NCBI GenBank assembly: GCA_022819805.1
Contig: JAJEGO010000065.1
Coordinates: 4,794-68,793, forward strand
Length of the DNA: 64,000 bases
Reading direction: 5' to 3'
DNA from: Candidatus Dadabacteria bacterium
GTDB lineage: Bacteria; Desulfobacterota_D; UBA1144; Nemesobacterales; Nemesobacteraceae
The notes under the pieces were generated by a model. That model was not told where the DNA came from and ran no database searches. It saw nothing but the letters and a program-made list of their open reading frames with translations. This document shows positions 61,928-64,000 of the stretch, one piece after another. Every line of letters starts with the position of its first letter. The first letter of the stretch is position 1. A program made the translations under genes and the position numbers.

Positions 61928-62218
61928 GAAGAATCATGTACTCCCTTACCACATCGTTTTTTCGAAAACCCGGGACAACCGTGCCGCAATCATAGGCTAT
62001 TCTTTCAAAATCCATCTCCCACAGACGCTCTACAATTTCATTGTTATCTGCATCAAACAACATCCATTGCTTGTTTTTCTCACAGGCTTTGGCCGTTCTT
62101 TCCCTGCGAGTGTAATCTTGATATCCCTGTGCCGGAACGGCGAAGACAAAGCGCTTGTTGAAAACGCTTAACGCTTCCTTTGTGTTGTTGTATTGATGAA
62201 GAAGAAAATCAGAGTGAT

Positions 62219-62776
62219 TTATAGGGGGGGGGCGGATAAACGCATATCATTCCCGGCAAAAGGCAGCCGGGTCCATATCTGGAACTCGGTGTTGACTGAG
62301 TAATTTTCCTGTTTCTCGGTATAAAAAGCTTCTCTCTCAAGAGGATAAGAACCTATCCAGGCAAACTCTCCGTTCAAAAGTCGGTGGATCCGATATTTGC
62401 GGAAAGTAACTGGCAGTATGAAAGCGATGGTGTCTGCGATTTCAGAGGCCTTGTTAAAGAAATCTATTGCCAGCTTAGAGCGTTTGCCGAAAGGTGGATT
62501 CCCTATAACAACGGTCTCCTGTCTGCGATAAAAAAACGGGCGGTATGTCCAAGTCAGGAAATTCCCTTTTATAATCCCTGGATGTTGCGGTGCTATATCA
62601 ATCCCAGTTCTTCTCTCAGGCGGCAGCAGATCATAAAACGACCCTTCCCCCGCTGACGGCTCTATGTAAAAGAGGGAATCCACAAGTATTTTGGCTTGCT
62701 GTGCTTCCTGTAGAAAGTAGGTAAAACAAGCCTCGGCAATATACGGTTTTGTATAAAATTGGTCATGGGGCAACAT
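62219..62776 (-). CDS. TaqI-like gamma-class N6-adenine DNA methyltransferase, truncated at a C9 tract (phase-OFF); the full-length frame would extend to 61914
   Basis: Motif X region QFYTKPYIAEACF, motif I IEPSAGEGSF and motif IV IGNPPFGKR. The ORF ends ...LSAPPL* right after CCCCCCCCC. Inserting one C opens a further 102 codons with no stop. Confidence 0.7.
   Translation of the reverse strand: MLPHDQFYTKPYIAEACFTYFLQEAQQAKILVDSLFYIEPSAGEGSFYDLLPPERRTGIDIAPQHPGIIKGNFLTWTYRPFFYRRQETVVIGNPPFGKRSKLAIDFFNKASEIADTIAFILPVTFRKYRIHRLLNGEFAWIGSYPLEREAFYTEKQENYSVNTEFQIWTRLPFAGNDMRLSAPPL
62224..62232 (+). repeat. G9 (C9 on coding strand) homopolymeric tract inside the methyltransferase gene
   Basis: Read directly: ata-ggggggggg-cgg. 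Confidence 0.95.
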
Positions 62777-63665
62777 CCAGCATTCCCCCTATGATGTTGT
62801 CGAAAATGCGTTCCGTACTTTCTTTACGATTTCCCCATTTGAAGGCAAAATGAGAGATATAATCCCCTGCGTACTTTTCGGAAAAGTGGTGGTGCTGTCC
62901 ATAACAGCCCCTCTTCAATAACGCCCAGAAAGATTCTATCGTGTTCGTGTGAACATATCCGTTAGCATATTGTCCCGCCGAGTGATTGACTGTCATGTGA
63001 GGCATGAGTTTAAACATGCTCTTGTAAGCAGGGAACTCATCCGTCATCAATACCGCATTCTCGGTATCTACGCAGGACTGGAGGAACTCTGCGAACTTCT
63101 TGGCGGTAAGGTCTTTTTTGTTGAACGGCACAACTCTTATCTGCCCGTTTCTCTCGGCGATACCAACAACGGGAAGCTTCTTAGTTCCTCTACCCCTCTT
63201 GTTAGGTTCTCCACCCCCGTTATTCTGCTTTCTGGGCTTGCCTCCGATATAAGCCTCGTCCATCTCTACTATACCCTTAAGAAATGCCCCCTGATCTGTC
63301 TTAGTTGCCTCCCTTATCTTGCGAAGCATACGAAAAGCCGTCTTTTGAGTAACGCCTATATCCCTTGCTAACTGGCAACTTGAAAGGGATTTTTTCGCTC
63401 CTGCTTCAAGAATGATCGCCATAATCCATTTGTACATTTCAATCTTGGTATTGTGAAAAAGAGTGCCGACCGTAACGCTAAAAGAATGGTTGCAATCGTG
63501 GCAGTTCCAGCGATACCCGCTCCTTGCTTTCTTGTCCTTTTTCTTTGCTACCTTGAGGCTTCCGCAATAAGGGCAGAACGCAAACTTGGCATATCTGACT
63601 GATTCAAGAAACTCTATGCATTTTTCATGAGTTCCGTATTTTTCTAGGATTGTTGTTAAGGTCAT
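62763..63665 (-). CDS. IS1595-family transposase (Zn-ribbon plus ISXO2-like DDE domain)
   Basis: N-terminal CPYCGS...CHDCNHSFS zinc ribbon, VEMDEAYIGGKP and downstream DDE-region motifs. It ends 10 nt before the methyltransferase start. Confidence 0.85.
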   Translation of the reverse strand: MTLTTILEKYGTHEKCIEFLESVRYAKFAFCPYCGSLKVAKKKDKKARSGYRWNCHDCNHSFSVTVGTLFHNTKIEMYKWIMAIILEAGAKKSLSSCQLARDIGVTQKTAFRMLRKIREATKTDQGAFLKGIVEMDEAYIGGKPRKQNNGGGEPNKRGRGTKKLPVVGIAERNGQIRVVPFNKKDLTAKKFAEFLQSCVDTENAVLMTDEFPAYKSMFKLMPHMTVNHSAGQYANGYVHTNTIESFWALLKRGCYGQHHHFSEKYAGDYISHFAFKWGNRKESTERIFDNIIGGMLDVAP

Positions 63666-63728
63666 TTACTCTCTCTCCTTTTCTCTTAAGCAATGGTAAA
63701 ATTATACAGGAAAGAGAATCAAATGTCA

Positions 63729-63752
63729 AGCCAATAGGTATATAATTCCGAT
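63729..63752 (+). repeat. right terminal inverted repeat of the IS1595-like unit
   Basis: See mobile element. Confidence 0.7.
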
Positions 63753-63858
63753 TTCTTTTGCTTGATTAAAGGGTAGGAAAACCTCTGGCGCGGTGTTTTT
63801 TAATATAGTTATCGCCAATATAACATGAGGCGCCCCGATTTTCACCGCTACCGCCGTA

Positions 63859-64000
63859 TCAACTTTGCTTCATCTCGCATCTGCCGCCTCGCATGGCGAT
63901 GTGCCCGATGATACCAAAGAAGGTTGAGAACACCACGATTCCCGCAAGTGATAGACCGCCAACCGTGGTGGCGTACGCCGCGTAGTTGGCGTGTGCCTTG
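63859..64000 (-). CDS. C-terminal fragment of a membrane protein, 5' end outside window
   Basis: The minus-strand frame is open from the window edge: ...KAHANYAAYATTVGGLSLAGIVVFSTFFGIIGHIAMRGGRCEMKQS*. It is hydrophobic. No start lies inside the window, so it is absent from the ORF track. Confidence 0.35.
   Translation of the reverse strand, partial: KAHANYAAYATTVGGLSLAGIVVFSTFFGIIGHIAMRGGRCEMKQS

Larger units (their letters stand above)
61251..63752 (-). mobile_element. IS1595-family transposon-like unit with passenger genes (transposase, N6-adenine methyltransferase, PD-(D/E)xK nuclease) bounded by 24-bp terminal inverted repeats
   Basis: Left end TCGGAATAATATACCTATTGGCTT (61251..61274). 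The reverse complement of the right end is TCGGAATTATATACCTATTGGCTT (63729..63752). 23/24 bases are identical. TTTCTT abuts both termini, suggesting a short target duplication. Confidence 0.7.

Noticed and set aside
62748-62768. Weak inverted-repeat pair (62748..62768 versus 63691..63709) tightly bracketing only the transposase gene
   Set aside because: Only about 14/19 identity, against 23/24 over 24 bp for the outer pair at 61251 and 63752. The outer pair also brackets co-oriented, overlapping passenger genes. I treated the inner match as chance but name it as the alternative to test.

Overview
The window is a 64-kb bacterial chromosomal segment of about 55 % GC, densely coding on both strands. 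Most of it is core metabolism and housekeeping. Recognisable genes include a 5'-truncated cysteine desulfurase, argC, an orphan RND efflux permease and a gap-pgk-fbaB block. A luciferase-like (F420-type) oxidoreductase and fbp follow that block. Further along are cvpA, a polyprenyl synthase and rimI. The meaB plus methylmalonyl-CoA mutase small and large subunit operon follows. Then come queC-queE, xseA, the cca enzyme, atpZ-atpI-atpB-atpE, hemL, cpoB and pal. Then come ispE, tRNA-Gln(UUG), uvrD/pcrA, selO and dnaE. Then come a CYTH/CHAD-ppk1-ppx polyphosphate cluster, an acyl-CoA ligase and tatC. The window ends with serA, hisZ, purA and phoH. Accessory or unusual content stands out against this backbone. 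(1) At the 3' end (61251..63752) a 2.5-kb unit is bounded by 24-bp inverted repeats (23/24 identical). It carries an IS1595-family transposase, a TaqI-like gamma-class N6-adenine DNA methyltransferase and a PD-(D/E)xK nuclease, all on one strand. The methyltransferase is interrupted by a G9/C9 homopolymer (62224..62232). A one-base expansion would restore a 287-aa protein whose stop overlaps the nuclease start. This looks like a transposon-borne, phase-variable restriction-modification module. (2) A catalytically degenerate sirtuin homologue sits beside a tandem-duplicated ThyX-like gene, a zinc-ribbon membrane protein and a pentapeptide-repeat protein. A G10 tract lies upstream of this cluster. 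(3) A hipBA toxin-antitoxin module is inserted directly behind the atp terminator. (4) A secreted acidic protein carries two SRCR-like domains, which are rare in bacteria. (5) A solo copy of the transposon inverted-repeat sequence lies in the mutase/queC intergenic region. No CRISPR arrays or rRNA genes were seen. Coordinates follow the supplied ORF track except where a start was re-derived from the sequence. All family assignments come from motif reading by eye and need confirmation by database search.
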